This document shows positions 41,714-51,598 of a stretch of DNA of 64,000 nt, piece by piece. Below the pieces are notes generated by a model that worked only from the letters and a program-made list of their open reading frames with translations, was not told the origin of the DNA and made no database searches. The stretch is taken from sequence record NC_054906.1; one strand, 5' to 3'. The translations under genes were made by a program, and so were the position numbers. Within the stretch, counting starts at the first letter, position 1, and each line of letters opens with the position of its first letter. Origin of the DNA: Enterobacteria phage RB18.

Positions 41714-43978
41714 TCATAATTTACAGGATGAACAATCTTCAGCTTTTGGAGTTTCTATTTCATAATCATCAGTACCAGAACCATCGCGGGTATTGTGATA
41801 ATAGAAATTTTTTCCGCCAAAATACCAAAAATACAAAAGGTCATCAATCATTATTGACATTGGAACCTTGCCTTTAGGGAAGATTTGGGGGTCATAGTAT
41901 GTATTCGCCGAAGCTGATTGACAAACCCATTTCAGCATAATAGCTACCTGCGTAAGATAAGGTTTATTACCTTTCTTAGCTAATTTCCATGTATAGTCGT
42001 AAAGGTCTATGTTATGCTCAATATTGGGCACGACTTGATTAAAGGAGCCCTCTTTTGATTCTTTAACAGAGACTGGTCCACGTGGAGGCTCGATACCGTT
42101 TGTACTGTTAGAAACTTGGGAAGATGACTCACATGGCATAAGTGCTGATAATGTGCTATTACGGATGCCAAAGAGCTTAAGGTCTTCCCGCAACGACGAC
42201 CAGTCACAAACGTATTTTGGAGCTGCGATTTGGTCAATCTTTTTATTGTACCAGTCGATAGGTAATTCGCCTCGAGACCAACGAGTGTCTGAATAATATT
42301 CACAAGGTCCTTTTTCTTTGGCGAGCTTAATGGATGCTTTAATGAGTCCATACTGTAATCTCTCAAATAGTTCATGTGTTAAATCGTTAGCATCTTCATA
42401 AGAAGCAAAGTTACTTGCCAGCCAAGCTGCATAGTTAGTAACACCTACACCGAGGTTACGACGCTTTTTAGCTTTTTCTGCTTCAGGAACTGGATATCCT
42501 TGGTAATCCAAAAGATTATCAAGAGCACGAACTTGGACTTCTGCCAATTCATTAATTTTATCTTGGTCTTGCCAGTCAAAATTATCTAGTACGAATGCAG
42601 AGAGAGTACACAATCCAATTTCAGCATCAGGGCTATTCACATCATTTGTTGGAATAGCAATTTCACAGCACAAGTTACTCTGACGAATAGGTGCCTTTTC
42701 ACGAATAAACGGAGTGTAGTTATTCGTATTATCAATGAACTGTACATAAATCCTTGCTGTTCCTGAGCGTTCAGTCATGAGCAATTCAAATAGTTCACGG
42801 GCTTTAATACGCTTTTTACGAATATTAGGGTCTTTTTCTGCTGCTTCGTATAATTCACGGAAACGGTCTTGGTCTTTAAAATAAGAATAATAAAGCTCGC
42901 CACCCATTTCATGCGGACTGAACAAAGTAATGTAATCGTTCTTTCCGAATCGTTCCATCATCAAATCATTCAGCTGAACACCATAATCCATATGACGAAT
43001 GCGGTTTTCTTCTACGCCTTTGTTATTTTTCAAAACGAGAAGATTTTCAACTTCCAAATGCCAAATAGGATAATAAGCAGTAGCAGCGCCGCCACGAATT
43101 CCACCCTGTGAACATGATTTAACTGCAGTCTGAAAATGTTTCCAAAAAGGAATAACACCGGTATGGCGTACTTCACCCATACCAATCTTAGAACCTTCAG
43201 CACGAATCATACCAACGTTAATACCAATTCCAGCGCGTTTAGAGATATATTCAACAATTGAAGCGGAAGCCTTGTTGATAGACTTTAATGAATCACCTGC
43301 CTCAATAACAACACATGAACTAAACTGTCTAGTCGGAGTACGACAACCAGCCATAATAGGAGTTGGCAATGAAATCTGTCGAGTGGATACTGCTTCATAA
43401 AAATGGATAACATGTTTTAATCTATCAACAGGTTCATCTTGATGCAGTGCCATTCCAATAGTCATAAATGCAAACTGTGGAGTTTCATAAATTTGACCAG
43501 TGGTTTTATCTTTAACTAAATATTTTTCTTTTAATTGCATCGCCCCGGAATAAGTAAATTCCATATCCCGTTCGTGCTTAATTTTTGATTCTAAAAATGT
43601 AATTTCTTCTGCTGAATATTTTGACAATAATTCAGGGTCATATTTACCTGCATTTACACAATAAGAAATATGGTCAATAAATGAACGTGGTTCATACTGC
43701 CCATAAACATGCTTACGAAGAGCGAACATTAAACAACGTGCAGCTACATATTGGTAATCAGGCTCTTCAACCGAAATAGAATTCGCAGCGGCCTTAATGA
43801 CAATAGTCTGAATATCATCAGTTGTCATTCCATCACGGAGATAAGATTTAATATTTTCATATAATTCATAAGGATCTACTGATGTTCCTTCAGCTGCCCA
43901 AGATAAAACTTTAATAATTTTTTGTGGGTCAAAGCTCTGAGAAACACCACTACTTTTGATAACATTAATTAATTGCAT
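41714..43978 (-). CDS. nrdA: Ribonucleotide reductase alpha subunit (754 aa)
   Basis: 754 aa; ATP-cone N-terminus; C-terminal CxxC tail. Confidence 0.95.
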   Translation of the reverse strand: MQLINVIKSSGVSQSFDPQKIIKVLSWAAEGTSVDPYELYENIKSYLRDGMTTDDIQTIVIKAAANSISVEEPDYQYVAARCLMFALRKHVYGQYEPRSFIDHISYCVNAGKYDPELLSKYSAEEITFLESKIKHERDMEFTYSGAMQLKEKYLVKDKTTGQIYETPQFAFMTIGMALHQDEPVDRLKHVIHFYEAVSTRQISLPTPIMAGCRTPTRQFSSCVVIEAGDSLKSINKASASIVEYISKRAGIGINVGMIRAEGSKIGMGEVRHTGVIPFWKHFQTAVKSCSQGGIRGGAATAYYPIWHLEVENLLVLKNNKGVEENRIRHMDYGVQLNDLMMERFGKNDYITLFSPHEMGGELYYSYFKDQDRFRELYEAAEKDPNIRKKRIKARELFELLMTERSGTARIYVQFIDNTNNYTPFIREKAPIRQSNLCCEIAIPTNDVNSPDAEIGLCTLSAFVLDNFDWQDQDKINELAEVQVRALDNLLDYQGYPVPEAEKAKKRRNLGVGVTNYAAWLASNFASYEDANDLTHELFERLQYGLIKASIKLAKEKGPCEYYSDTRWSRGELPIDWYNKKIDQIAAPKYVCDWSSLREDLKLFGIRNSTLSALMPCESSSQVSNSTNGIEPPRGPVSVKESKEGSFNQVVPNIEHNIDLYDYTWKLAKKGNKPYLTQVAIMLKWVCQSASANTYYDPQIFPKGKVPMSIMIDDLLYFWYFGGKNFYYHNTRDGSGTDDYEIETPKAEDCSSCKL

Positions 43979-44295
43979 AAGTCCTCAACTTGAAAATCGT
44001 CTTTAAACAATCGGTTAACTATATGAGCTATTATATCACCATGACACGGCTTTGGTTTACATGTGCATCCTAGCCTCATTCCACGTAAAGGCTCTAAATG
44101 TGCTTTAGTTATTTCTCCGGATTTAATTCGACGTATAAAATCTTTTTTGAATAATTCAATGGCAGCCTCCCGGCTGCCAGCATCTTTACCGACGTAATTT
44201 CCCCAAAATGTACCACGGTGAATATTAACATCAAAGTCGGATTTGTATTTATTCACTACCCGGCATAGACGGCCCACGCTGGAATAATTCGTCAT
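43969..44295 (-). CDS. Hypothetical Cys/His-motif protein (108 aa, T4 nrdA.1 position)
   Basis: [12 protein letters not shown] motif; overlaps nrdA start. Confidence 0.65.
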
Positions 44296-44512
44296 ATTGT
44301 TTTTCCGTTAATACAGTAATATCATAGTAACAATCGGAAGAAGTTTTAACTGTGGAAATTTTATTGTCAAAATACTCACGAGTCATTTTATGAGTATAGT
44401 ATTTTTTACCATAAATGGTAATAGGCTGTTCTGGTCCTGGAACTTCTAACTCGCTTGGGTTAGGAAGTGTAAAAAGAACAACGCCAGAAGTATCTTTAAA
44501 TCGTAAAATCAT
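44249..44512 (-). CDS. Hypothetical protein (87 aa, T4 nrdA.2 position)
   Basis: ATGA coupling to td. Confidence 0.6.
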
Positions 44513-45369
44513 ATTGCCATTTTCCCTTTAATTGCTGGATGCGATTCATAATTTTCAAGGATAAAATCTTTCGGTTTCATGTATTCAGTTAACCAGTAAA
44601 GCTGTGTTTCGGTGTCACAATTTCCAAACTCTATAGGCCAATCAATTTTAAGTTCACACAGTTCTTTAGGCTCACGACGTAAAATTTCTTTACATTGCGC
44701 AGTATGATTCATATAGATGTGAGTATTACCACCAGAAAATATCAAATCTCCTGGGATAAGATTACACATCTTAGCCACAATATGCGTCAAGGCAGCGTAC
44801 GAGGCAATGTTGAATGGCAATCCCAAGAAAACATCTACACTTCTTTGGTACCATTGTAAATCAAGATAACCATTACGCACATTAAACTGATAGAACATAT
44901 GACAGGGCGGTAATGCCATTTGATTGATTTCAGCTGGATTCCATGCTGAAACGATTTGACGTCGATCAGTTGGTAATTTTTTAATACGATCAATAGTTTC
45001 AACTAATTGATCCACACCGCCGAAATCACGCCATTGTTTACCGTATATAGGACCAAGTTCACCACTATGATATCCTAGGTCTTTAGCCTGGTTTTCATAG
45101 TTATCGTCCCAAATAGTTTTACCTTGAATAAGACTGCCATGAGTGCGAAGACGTAAATCATTAACATTGGTAGAACCGGAAATAAACCATAGAAGCTCAG
45201 CAATGCATGCATTCCAGGCGAGCTTTTTAGTTGTTACCGCAGGAAAACCTTTAGTTAAATCCCAGCGTAATTTAGTACCGAACAAAGCAATTGTTCCTGT
45301 GCCTGTTCGGTCATCGGTTTCATAGCCATTTTCAAAAATGTCTTTAATTAAATCTTGGTATTGTTTCAT
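44509..45369 (-). CDS. td: Thymidylate synthase, uninterrupted (286 aa)
   Basis: Active-site PPCH motif ([11 protein letters not shown]) in one continuous 286-codon frame; no intron. Confidence 0.93.
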
Positions 45370-45414
45370 TTAGTACCTTATATAAATTATAATACATTTT
45401 ATGAAGCTAAATAA

Positions 45415-45762
45415 TCAATACGGTTTAGCATCAAATTTTCTCTCAATTTCAGGCGTGAAATATAATTCTTTACCGCGTTTGGAAAAGCGACCAATAATAT
45501 GATAATTATTTTCATCAAATGTGATATTACCAATATCCATAGCTTTCAACCAAATATCGATATTTCTATCCAGCTTTATGTCAAAATTCCAATACGGAGA
45601 ACTATTACCGAAAATACTGCAAGCGGATTCAGTGAAACAACTGCTATAAATCTTGTCTTTAGGAACTACTAATTGATAGACGCCTTTAATAAACTGAGGA
45701 CCTTGCCATTTTGGCTGTTTCACGTCTTTTTCTAATAGAATAGGGTAATAATTAAAATTCAT
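45415..45762 (-). CDS. Hypothetical protein between frd and td (115 aa from first ATG; track ORF starts at GTG 45774)
   Basis: Continuous ORF filling the frd-td junction; no recognisable motif. Confidence 0.6.
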   Translation of the reverse strand: MNFNYYPILLEKDVKQPKWQGPQFIKGVYQLVVPKDKIYSSCFTESACSIFGNSSPYWNFDIKLDRNIDIWLKAMDIGNITFDENNYHIIGRFSKRGKELYFTPEIERKFDAKPY

Positions 45763-45782
45763 ATTTTCCGCCACGCGTTATT

Positions 45783-46609
<827 letters not shown>

Positions 46610-46620
46610 ATTATCTCCTA

Positions 46621-46953
46621 TTAAAAAGGATCAGGAACATATCCGCTAGCTTTAATCATTTTAATTAACGTTAACATTCCTTTGTTAACTGCTCGTGAGA
46701 TTTCATCAAAAACTTCATCACTAAAAAGTTCTAACACGCCCTTCTGAACTTTTAATTTACAGCCAACAATTTCTTCATCGCCTATAGTAAATTCATTACC
46801 ACCAATTCCACCGAAAAACTTAATTACACCAGTTAACTGTCTTCCACGAGAATATGGGTCGTGTGATAAAGTAATATGAGTCACCCCGGGTACAGTTTTA
46901 AATTGGCAGCGAATATTTACTTGTGAAATTCCAGTTACATGAATGTCAGACAT
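46621..46953 (-). CDS. Hypothetical protein (110 aa, T4 frd.2 position)
   Basis: ATG start. Confidence 0.6.
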   Translation of the reverse strand: MSDIHVTGISQVNIRCQFKTVPGVTHITLSHDPYSRGRQLTGVIKFFGGIGGNEFTIGDEEIVGCKLKVQKGVLELFSDEVFDEISRAVNKGMLTLIKMIKASGYVPDPF

Positions 46954-46963
46954 AATATTTTCC

Positions 46964-47206
46964 TCAAATAGACTTTTTCACAATTTTCCAATCAGCTTTA
47001 AACTGATCAACGTCAGAGTGATAAATCCAAAATCCTGCGCTTTCACCGTCTTCATAAAGCGGACACCCATCGCATTCATCTTCCCATCCCATATCACGCA
47101 AAAGATGTTCAGCTTTTTCAACAAGCTCAGAATCTTTACCGATGATATTAAAATACCATTTACCTCTAACTTCTGAATCTTTGATGCTCTGACGTTGTAA
47201 TCTCAT
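46964..47206 (-). CDS. Hypothetical protein (80 aa, T4 frd.3 position)
   Basis: Track ORF starts at TTG 47263 inside the promoter; internal ATG 47204-47206 has AAGGAG SD. Confidence 0.6.
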   Translation of the reverse strand: MRLQRQSIKDSEVRGKWYFNIIGKDSELVEKAEHLLRDMGWEDECDGCPLYEDGESAGFWIYHSDVDQFKADWKIVKKSI

Positions 47207-47226
47207 TTTATTCTCCTTAGTTGATA

Positions 47227-47261
47227 AGGCTATAGTATCACTACCATAGCCTGTTGTAAAC
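47227..47261 (-). promoter_or_regulatory. Early-type promoter GTTTAC-N18-TACTAT with 7-bp inverted repeat (AGGCTAT / ATAGCCT) around the -10
   Basis: -35 = rc of 47256-47261; -10 = rc of 47232-47237; IR arms 47227-47233 and 47246-47252. Confidence 0.55.
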
Positions 47262-47263
47262 AA

Positions 47264-47524
47264 TTATTTTTGAATTTTATCAAGCCACTTACCAAGCTTA
47301 ATCATTTCTTTAGTAGCCTTTTCCATACTTCTGAACTTAACCAATAGAGGATAGGTATCGACACCCATAACTAAGCTAGTTACAAGACTGTGTTCACCCA
47401 CAAGCCATAACGAATACGTTTGAATATCGAGCCCGTAATTTCTGTCTTTATGGACCCGTACACCCATCACTTCAAATTTCTCACTAGCTTTTTCTACCGC
47501 ATCCAGGAAATCATCTTTAGTCAT
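47264..47524 (-). CDS. Hypothetical protein (start uncertain: 47566 or coupled internal ATG 47524)
   Basis: ATG 47522-47524 lies 1 nt after upstream stop. Confidence 0.5.
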   Translation of the reverse strand: MTKDDFLDAVEKASEKFEVMGVRVHKDRNYGLDIQTYSLWLVGEHSLVTSLVMGVDTYPLLVKFRSMEKATKEMIKLGKWLDKIQK

Positions 47525-47525
47525 A

Positions 47526-47906
47526 TTAGGCCTTAAAAGTTTTTCGCAAAAGTTCAATGATTTCATCTACATTGTTTTCGTCAACAATGCAGTGAATTTT
47601 TGTTACGCCAGAAACCTTGTCTTTGACTTCATCTTTTTCAGAAGTCGGTTCTTTATACTCACGAAAACAATGAAATTCGTCTTCGCAAATTTCTAAAAGT
47701 CTATCTTTGAGGTAAAAATGCTTTCCATTTGCGCATTCAATGTGTTTTACTGCTTTATATCCATTAGCGACGGAAACTTCTTTAACTTCAAACCATCCGC
47801 CATTATCTCGAATCGCTTTAACTATTGATGAATTAGAACGTGGGCTATAATTAATAAATGTATCAATAAGTCTTGGAACAAGCTCATACTTTTTACCGGT
47901 ATACAT
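47526..47906 (-). CDS. Hypothetical Cys-containing protein (126 aa)
   Basis: ATG start; several Cys/His residues. Confidence 0.55.
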   Translation of the reverse strand: MYTGKKYELVPRLIDTFINYSPRSNSSIVKAIRDNGGWFEVKEVSVANGYKAVKHIECANGKHFYLKDRLLEICEDEFHCFREYKEPTSEKDEVKDKVSGVTKIHCIVDENNVDEIIELLRKTFKA

Positions 47907-47951
47907 TACGTTTTCCTCATTTTAATAGGGGCTGTAATAGCCCCTCGATAA

Positions 47952-48200
47952 TTATTGTTCAATCAGTCCCATGTAAAATTCTGCGTCTTCAGAATCCATG
48001 CCATCACAGTATTCATTAGCCATAAAGCGGGTGAGGTCTTCAAGAGGACCTTCAATAACAATTTGAATACTCCAAAACTTAGAATCTTGCACGCTTGTGA
48101 TACTAAGTTCAGGATAACGATTACGAATAATTTCTTCGATATATTCAAAATCAACGATGTCAATATCAACTTTAGCCATATTATTTTCCTCTTTAATCAT
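47952..48200 (-). CDS. Small highly acidic hypothetical protein (82 aa)
   Basis: ATG with AAAGAGGAAAA SD; own early-type promoter 48223-48252; about 21 D/E versus 6 K/R. Confidence 0.6.
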   Translation of the reverse strand: MIKEENNMAKVDIDIVDFEYIEEIIRNRYPELSITSVQDSKFWSIQIVIEGPLEDLTRFMANEYCDGMDSEDAEFYMGLIEQ

Positions 48201-48222
48201 CAGCAGTATTGCCGATAGTTGT

Positions 48223-48252
48223 ATAGTACCATGGAAGAACAGGGATGTAAAC
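48223..48252 (-). promoter_or_regulatory. Early-type promoter GTTTAC-N18-TACTAT for the acidic 82-aa ORF
   Basis: -35 = rc of 48247-48252; -10 = rc of 48223-48228. Confidence 0.55.
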
Positions 48253-48275
48253 AGTTTTGTGAAAAAATTTTTGAA

Positions 48276-48302
48276 ATAAAAAAGGGGACCCTAGAGGTCC
48301 CC
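48276..48302 (-). terminator. Rho-independent terminator after gene 32: GGGGACC-CTAGA-GGTCCCC + T8 (minus strand)
   Basis: 7-bp stem, A-run 48276-48283 on plus strand. Confidence 0.85.
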
Positions 48303-48324
48303 AATTAATTAGTAATATAATCTA

Positions 48325-49233
48325 TTAAAGGTCATTCAAAAGGTCATCCAGGTCCGTGTCATCAGCACTAGATGAACTGCCAGAGCTTGAGCTCATAAAA
48401 TCATCTTCAGTTTTTGTATTGAAGTCATCAACATTGAATGCATCCAAATCATCAGCAACTTTATCAGCTTTCTTAGCGGCAGTTGCTGCGGCACCGCCCA
48501 TCACAGCAGTTCCCATAACTTGACCGAATTTAGTGCTCAGTTCTTCAAACGATTTGAATTTATCTTTAGAAGTCATTTCAGAAAGGTCAACCATTTGTTC
48601 GAACAGTTCTTTCTGGAAAGATTCATCGTCAATGTTTGGAATCGCAGATTGATTCAGGAATTTAGATTCGTCGTAGTTACTAAATCCAGAAACTTGTTTA
48701 ACTTTCAGTACAAAGTTAGCACCTTCCCACGGACAAGTTACATCAACCGGAGTTTCACCCATTTCAACATCAACTGCAATCATTGCATTGATTTTATCCC
48801 AGATTTTCTTACCGAAACGGTATTTAAATACTTTACCTTCATTTTCTGGAGCAGCTGGGTCTTTTACTACAAGAATGTTAGCCCAGTAAGAAGTTTTACG
48901 TTTAACAAGACTGTACTCTTTATTGTCAGTGTTGTACAGATCATTTTTACTAATGTATTGACATACTGGGCAAGAATCGTAATCACCGTGGGTAGATGAA
49001 CAGTTTTCAATATACCATTTACCATTTTTCTTGAAACCGTGATTTACAAGAATTGCGAATGGTGCTTGTTCATCATTTTTAGACGGAAGAAAACGAATTA
49101 CTGCTTGACCGTTACCCGCATTATCGAGTTTCAGTTTCCACTCGCCTTTATCTTCAGAAGAAAAACCGCCTTTATTTCCAGCCAGTTTAGCCATTTGTGC
49201 AGCGAGTTCAGCAGTAGATTTACGTTTAAACAT
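48325..49233 (-). CDS. 32: Single-stranded DNA-binding protein gp32 (302 aa)
   Basis: Sequence recognised (zinc-binding H/C cluster, acidic Ser/Asp C-terminus); leader pseudoknot upstream; terminator downstream. Confidence 0.95.
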   Translation of the reverse strand: MFKRKSTAELAAQMAKLAGNKGGFSSEDKGEWKLKLDNAGNGQAVIRFLPSKNDEQAPFAILVNHGFKKNGKWYIENCSSTHGDYDSCPVCQYISKNDLYNTDNKEYSLVKRKTSYWANILVVKDPAAPENEGKVFKYRFGKKIWDKINAMIAVDVEMGETPVDVTCPWEGANFVLKVKQVSGFSNYDESKFLNQSAIPNIDDESFQKELFEQMVDLSEMTSKDKFKSFEELSTKFGQVMGTAVMGGAAATAAKKADKVADDLDAFNVDDFNTKTEDDFMSSSSGSSSSADDTDLDDLLNDL

Positions 49234-49267
49234 TTTTATTTCCTTTTTAATTTAATTAACAGTTGGT

Positions 49268-49299
49268 GCTATGACGATGTATGACCTCATAGCTGGTCA
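49268..49299 (-). promoter_or_regulatory. Gene 32 mRNA leader H-type pseudoknot (autoregulatory translational operator)
   Basis: Minus-strand RNA UGACC-A-GCUAUGA-GGUCA-UACAUCG-UCAUAGC: interleaved stems UGACC/GGUCA and GCUAUGA/UCAUAGC; matches known T4 gene 32 element. Confidence 0.85.
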
Positions 49300-49316
49300 G
49301 TGAGATAATTATAATC

Positions 49317-49324
49317 TATTTATA
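49317..49324 (-). promoter_or_regulatory. Late promoter TATAAATA on minus strand upstream of gene 32 leader
   Basis: Forward TATTTATA. Confidence 0.55.
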
Positions 49325-49332
49325 ATAAGCAA

Positions 49333-49986
49333 TTAATACTTGCAAGATTTCACAGTTTCAATAAAAACACTTTTAGCTTTCTGTGAATCAATATTTAAAA
49401 TTTTTCTATAAGCCTTTAACTTTATAGAATAATTATTCCAGACTAAATTATCAGTCTGTTCATCATGTTTATCAATTATATTTAAAAACGAATCAAGCAA
49501 GATAAACGTCTCAAACGAAATTATATTTGATTGAAGTAGTTTAAAAATATAACTTGATTGAACTTTTGGATTATACTCAAAAATTTCTTTAAAAGCAGAA
49601 ACTTCAACTTTTTTACTAAAATAATAAATGTTGCGAATATCTTCTTCAAACTTAAATTTAATTTGCTTTAAGCGTCCGATATATTCACGATAAAACACAA
49701 GTGCATCAGCGTCAGAGATGTCACCAATCCAAGCATCTTGGTTAGCAACCAAATTACTTATAAAGATTAAAGCAAGTTCCTTTAATTTATATTTTTCTGA
49801 TAACTTCTGGAAAAAATACTTATCCCTTCGCTTTTGATAAGCGGCATCAGACACCCGCATGCACCAATTATACTTAATAACATCATACTTTCCATTCATA
49901 TGTTGTTTTATCATTAAGTATAATTTATAAACTGATTTACCATCAATGTATCTTTCACCACCAGCAGGCATGCGGAGTTTAATCAT
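49333..49986 (-). CDS. 59: Helicase loader gp59 (217 aa)
   Basis: 217 aa; adjacent to gene 32. Confidence 0.9.
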   Translation of the reverse strand: MIKLRMPAGGERYIDGKSVYKLYLMIKQHMNGKYDVIKYNWCMRVSDAAYQKRRDKYFFQKLSEKYKLKELALIFISNLVANQDAWIGDISDADALVFYREYIGRLKQIKFKFEEDIRNIYYFSKKVEVSAFKEIFEYNPKVQSSYIFKLLQSNIISFETFILLDSFLNIIDKHDEQTDNLVWNNYSIKLKAYRKILNIDSQKAKSVFIETVKSCKY

Positions 49987-50321
49987 AGTAGAAAATCTAA
50001 TGTATTAGTTTTTTCACAACGAACAACAGAAGGACGTAAAAGATTTTCGTCAATAGCTTCTGACTGAATTTTTTCAATTATACCCGAAGGAATAAATTTA
50101 GCAAATTGGGTTTCAGGAATAGAGTTTTCTTCCAAGAATGCTGTCGTAGCTTCAAGATAACTCATTCCAAACTCTTCTACCATTTTTTCAATGATAAATC
50201 CATTTTCTTGACGATCAAGAAGCTTTGCAATTTCATCCTTTTCTTTCTTAAGGGAAAGTTCTTTTTCTGAAAGCCCGGCCTCATCGACCGGACGAATATC
50301 ATTTAGAGAAAACTGTGTCAT
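49983..50321 (-). CDS. 33: Late transcription accessory protein gp33 (112 aa)
   Basis: Track start is TTG 50330; ATG 50321 gives MTQFSLNDIRP N-terminus. Confidence 0.88.
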   Translation of the reverse strand: MTQFSLNDIRPVDEAGLSEKELSLKKEKDEIAKLLDRQENGFIIEKMVEEFGMSYLEATTAFLEENSIPETQFAKFIPSGIIEKIQSEAIDENLLRPSVVRCEKTNTLDFLL

Positions 50322-50568
50322 AAAGTTCAACTACCTCTTCAGTTTCAGCTTCAAACACATCACGATTATCTTTATGATACAAAGCTAATAGACGATTAAA
50401 CATCTTACCATCAACGCCAAGTTCATCTTTAGCACGAATTCGAATATCTTTAATCAGTTCATTATAACCGGAAATTTTCAGTTTATGATCAGATGCTTCT
50501 TTAATAAATTTAGCCAAGTCTTCGCCATGGATAGCTTCATCAAATTCAACCATTTCTTTTTTAGCCAT
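50299..50568 (-). CDS. dsbA: dsDNA-binding protein DsbA (89 aa)
   Basis: 89 aa; overlaps gene 33 start. Confidence 0.88.
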   Translation of the reverse strand: MAKKEMVEFDEAIHGEDLAKFIKEASDHKLKISGYNELIKDIRIRAKDELGVDGKMFNRLLALYHKDNRDVFEAETEEVVELYDTVFSK

Positions 50569-50576
50569 TATTCACC

Positions 50577-51494
50577 TCAAAATTCATTAATGCTATTAGT
50601 TAATTTAGAAAGACCCGCTTTTACAAAATATGAATAAATTTTGCCACGCGGTGGTAATTTATATGAATTATAGTAATTCACAATGTTTGAAGCAATATTA
50701 TCAGGAATATAATCAAAATCAATTAGAACTAGATTTTCTTTATAACGATTATATTCAGATTCTGTGAGAAGCACCTTAGCTTGCTCACGGTCATTAGCAA
50801 TAGCTTCAACGATTGAAGTTTTCATTGAAGGAGTTCGTTCACCTTCAACTTTGGTAAACCAAAAGTCAGATCGTACTTTAACTGAAGCAACGTTATCCTT
50901 TTTGTCGCCTTTAAGGATTTTAGTCATACAGTCAATTTCAGCAGAACCGCTTTTAATTTTAACCCATTTCTTGTGCATCGGTGACCATTGCTTAACATTT
51001 GGGTATTTGTGAAGTTGAGTAAAGTCACCATCCGACGAAATGATTAAAATCTTATGTCCTTCTAAAGAGAACTTTTTAACAAGAACAGCAATGTGGTCAT
51101 CTGCTTCATACTTATCAATATCCATAACAATGTATGGCATATAAGCTTTCAATTCATCTATAACTTTATGGCTGGATTCAAAATAACCTTCCCAGTCCCA
51201 AGTAGATTCTTCTCGTGCTTTTCCACGGTTTTTCTTGTAATAGTAAGCAAAATCACGACGCCAGTATCCAGATTTCGCATTATCAATACACAGTACAATT
51301 TTAGTGTATCCAAGCGTTTTTGCTTTTTTGACATTAAACTTAATTGAGTTCAATATCAAATGACGAACCATTGATAAATTAATTTTTTCTTTATCTGGGA
51401 AGTTTACCAGAGCAGTTGAAAGCGCGATTTGACTAAAGTCAATAAAGCAAATTCCCTCTTTGTAATCTTCATCCAGCATCATTTCTAAATCCAT
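50577..51494 (-). CDS. rnh: RNase H / 5'-3' flap exonuclease (305 aa)
   Basis: Start at internal ATG (MDLEMMLDEDYKEG); early promoter GTTTAC-N18-TATAAT upstream. Confidence 0.92.
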   Translation of the reverse strand: MDLEMMLDEDYKEGICFIDFSQIALSTALVNFPDKEKINLSMVRHLILNSIKFNVKKAKTLGYTKIVLCIDNAKSGYWRRDFAYYYKKNRGKAREESTWDWEGYFESSHKVIDELKAYMPYIVMDIDKYEADDHIAVLVKKFSLEGHKILIISSDGDFTQLHKYPNVKQWSPMHKKWVKIKSGSAEIDCMTKILKGDKKDNVASVKVRSDFWFTKVEGERTPSMKTSIVEAIANDREQAKVLLTESEYNRYKENLVLIDFDYIPDNIASNIVNYYNSYKLPPRGKIYSYFVKAGLSKLTNSINEF

Positions 51495-51523
51495 ATGAAC
51501 CTCGTTCAATTAGTGAGATTTCT

Positions 51524-51553
51524 ATTATATACCATCCAAATCTTAAAGTAAAC
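51524..51553 (-). promoter_or_regulatory. Early promoter for rnh: GTTTAC-N18-TATAAT
   Basis: -35 = rc of 51548-51553; -10 = rc of 51524-51529. Confidence 0.7.
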
Positions 51554-51556
51554 AAG

Positions 51557-51564
51557 TATAAATA
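51557..51564 (+). promoter_or_regulatory. Late promoter TATAAATA (gene 34)
   Basis: Exact consensus 35 nt upstream of ATG. Confidence 0.7.
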
Positions 51565-51598
51565 CTTATTATTGAAAACACAATAGGAGCCCGGGAGA

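Noticed and set aside
44509-45369. Searched td (and nrdB at 40484-41662) for group I intron interruptions or embedded endonuclease ORFs
   Set aside because: Both genes are single continuous frames of the expected length; nothing is inserted
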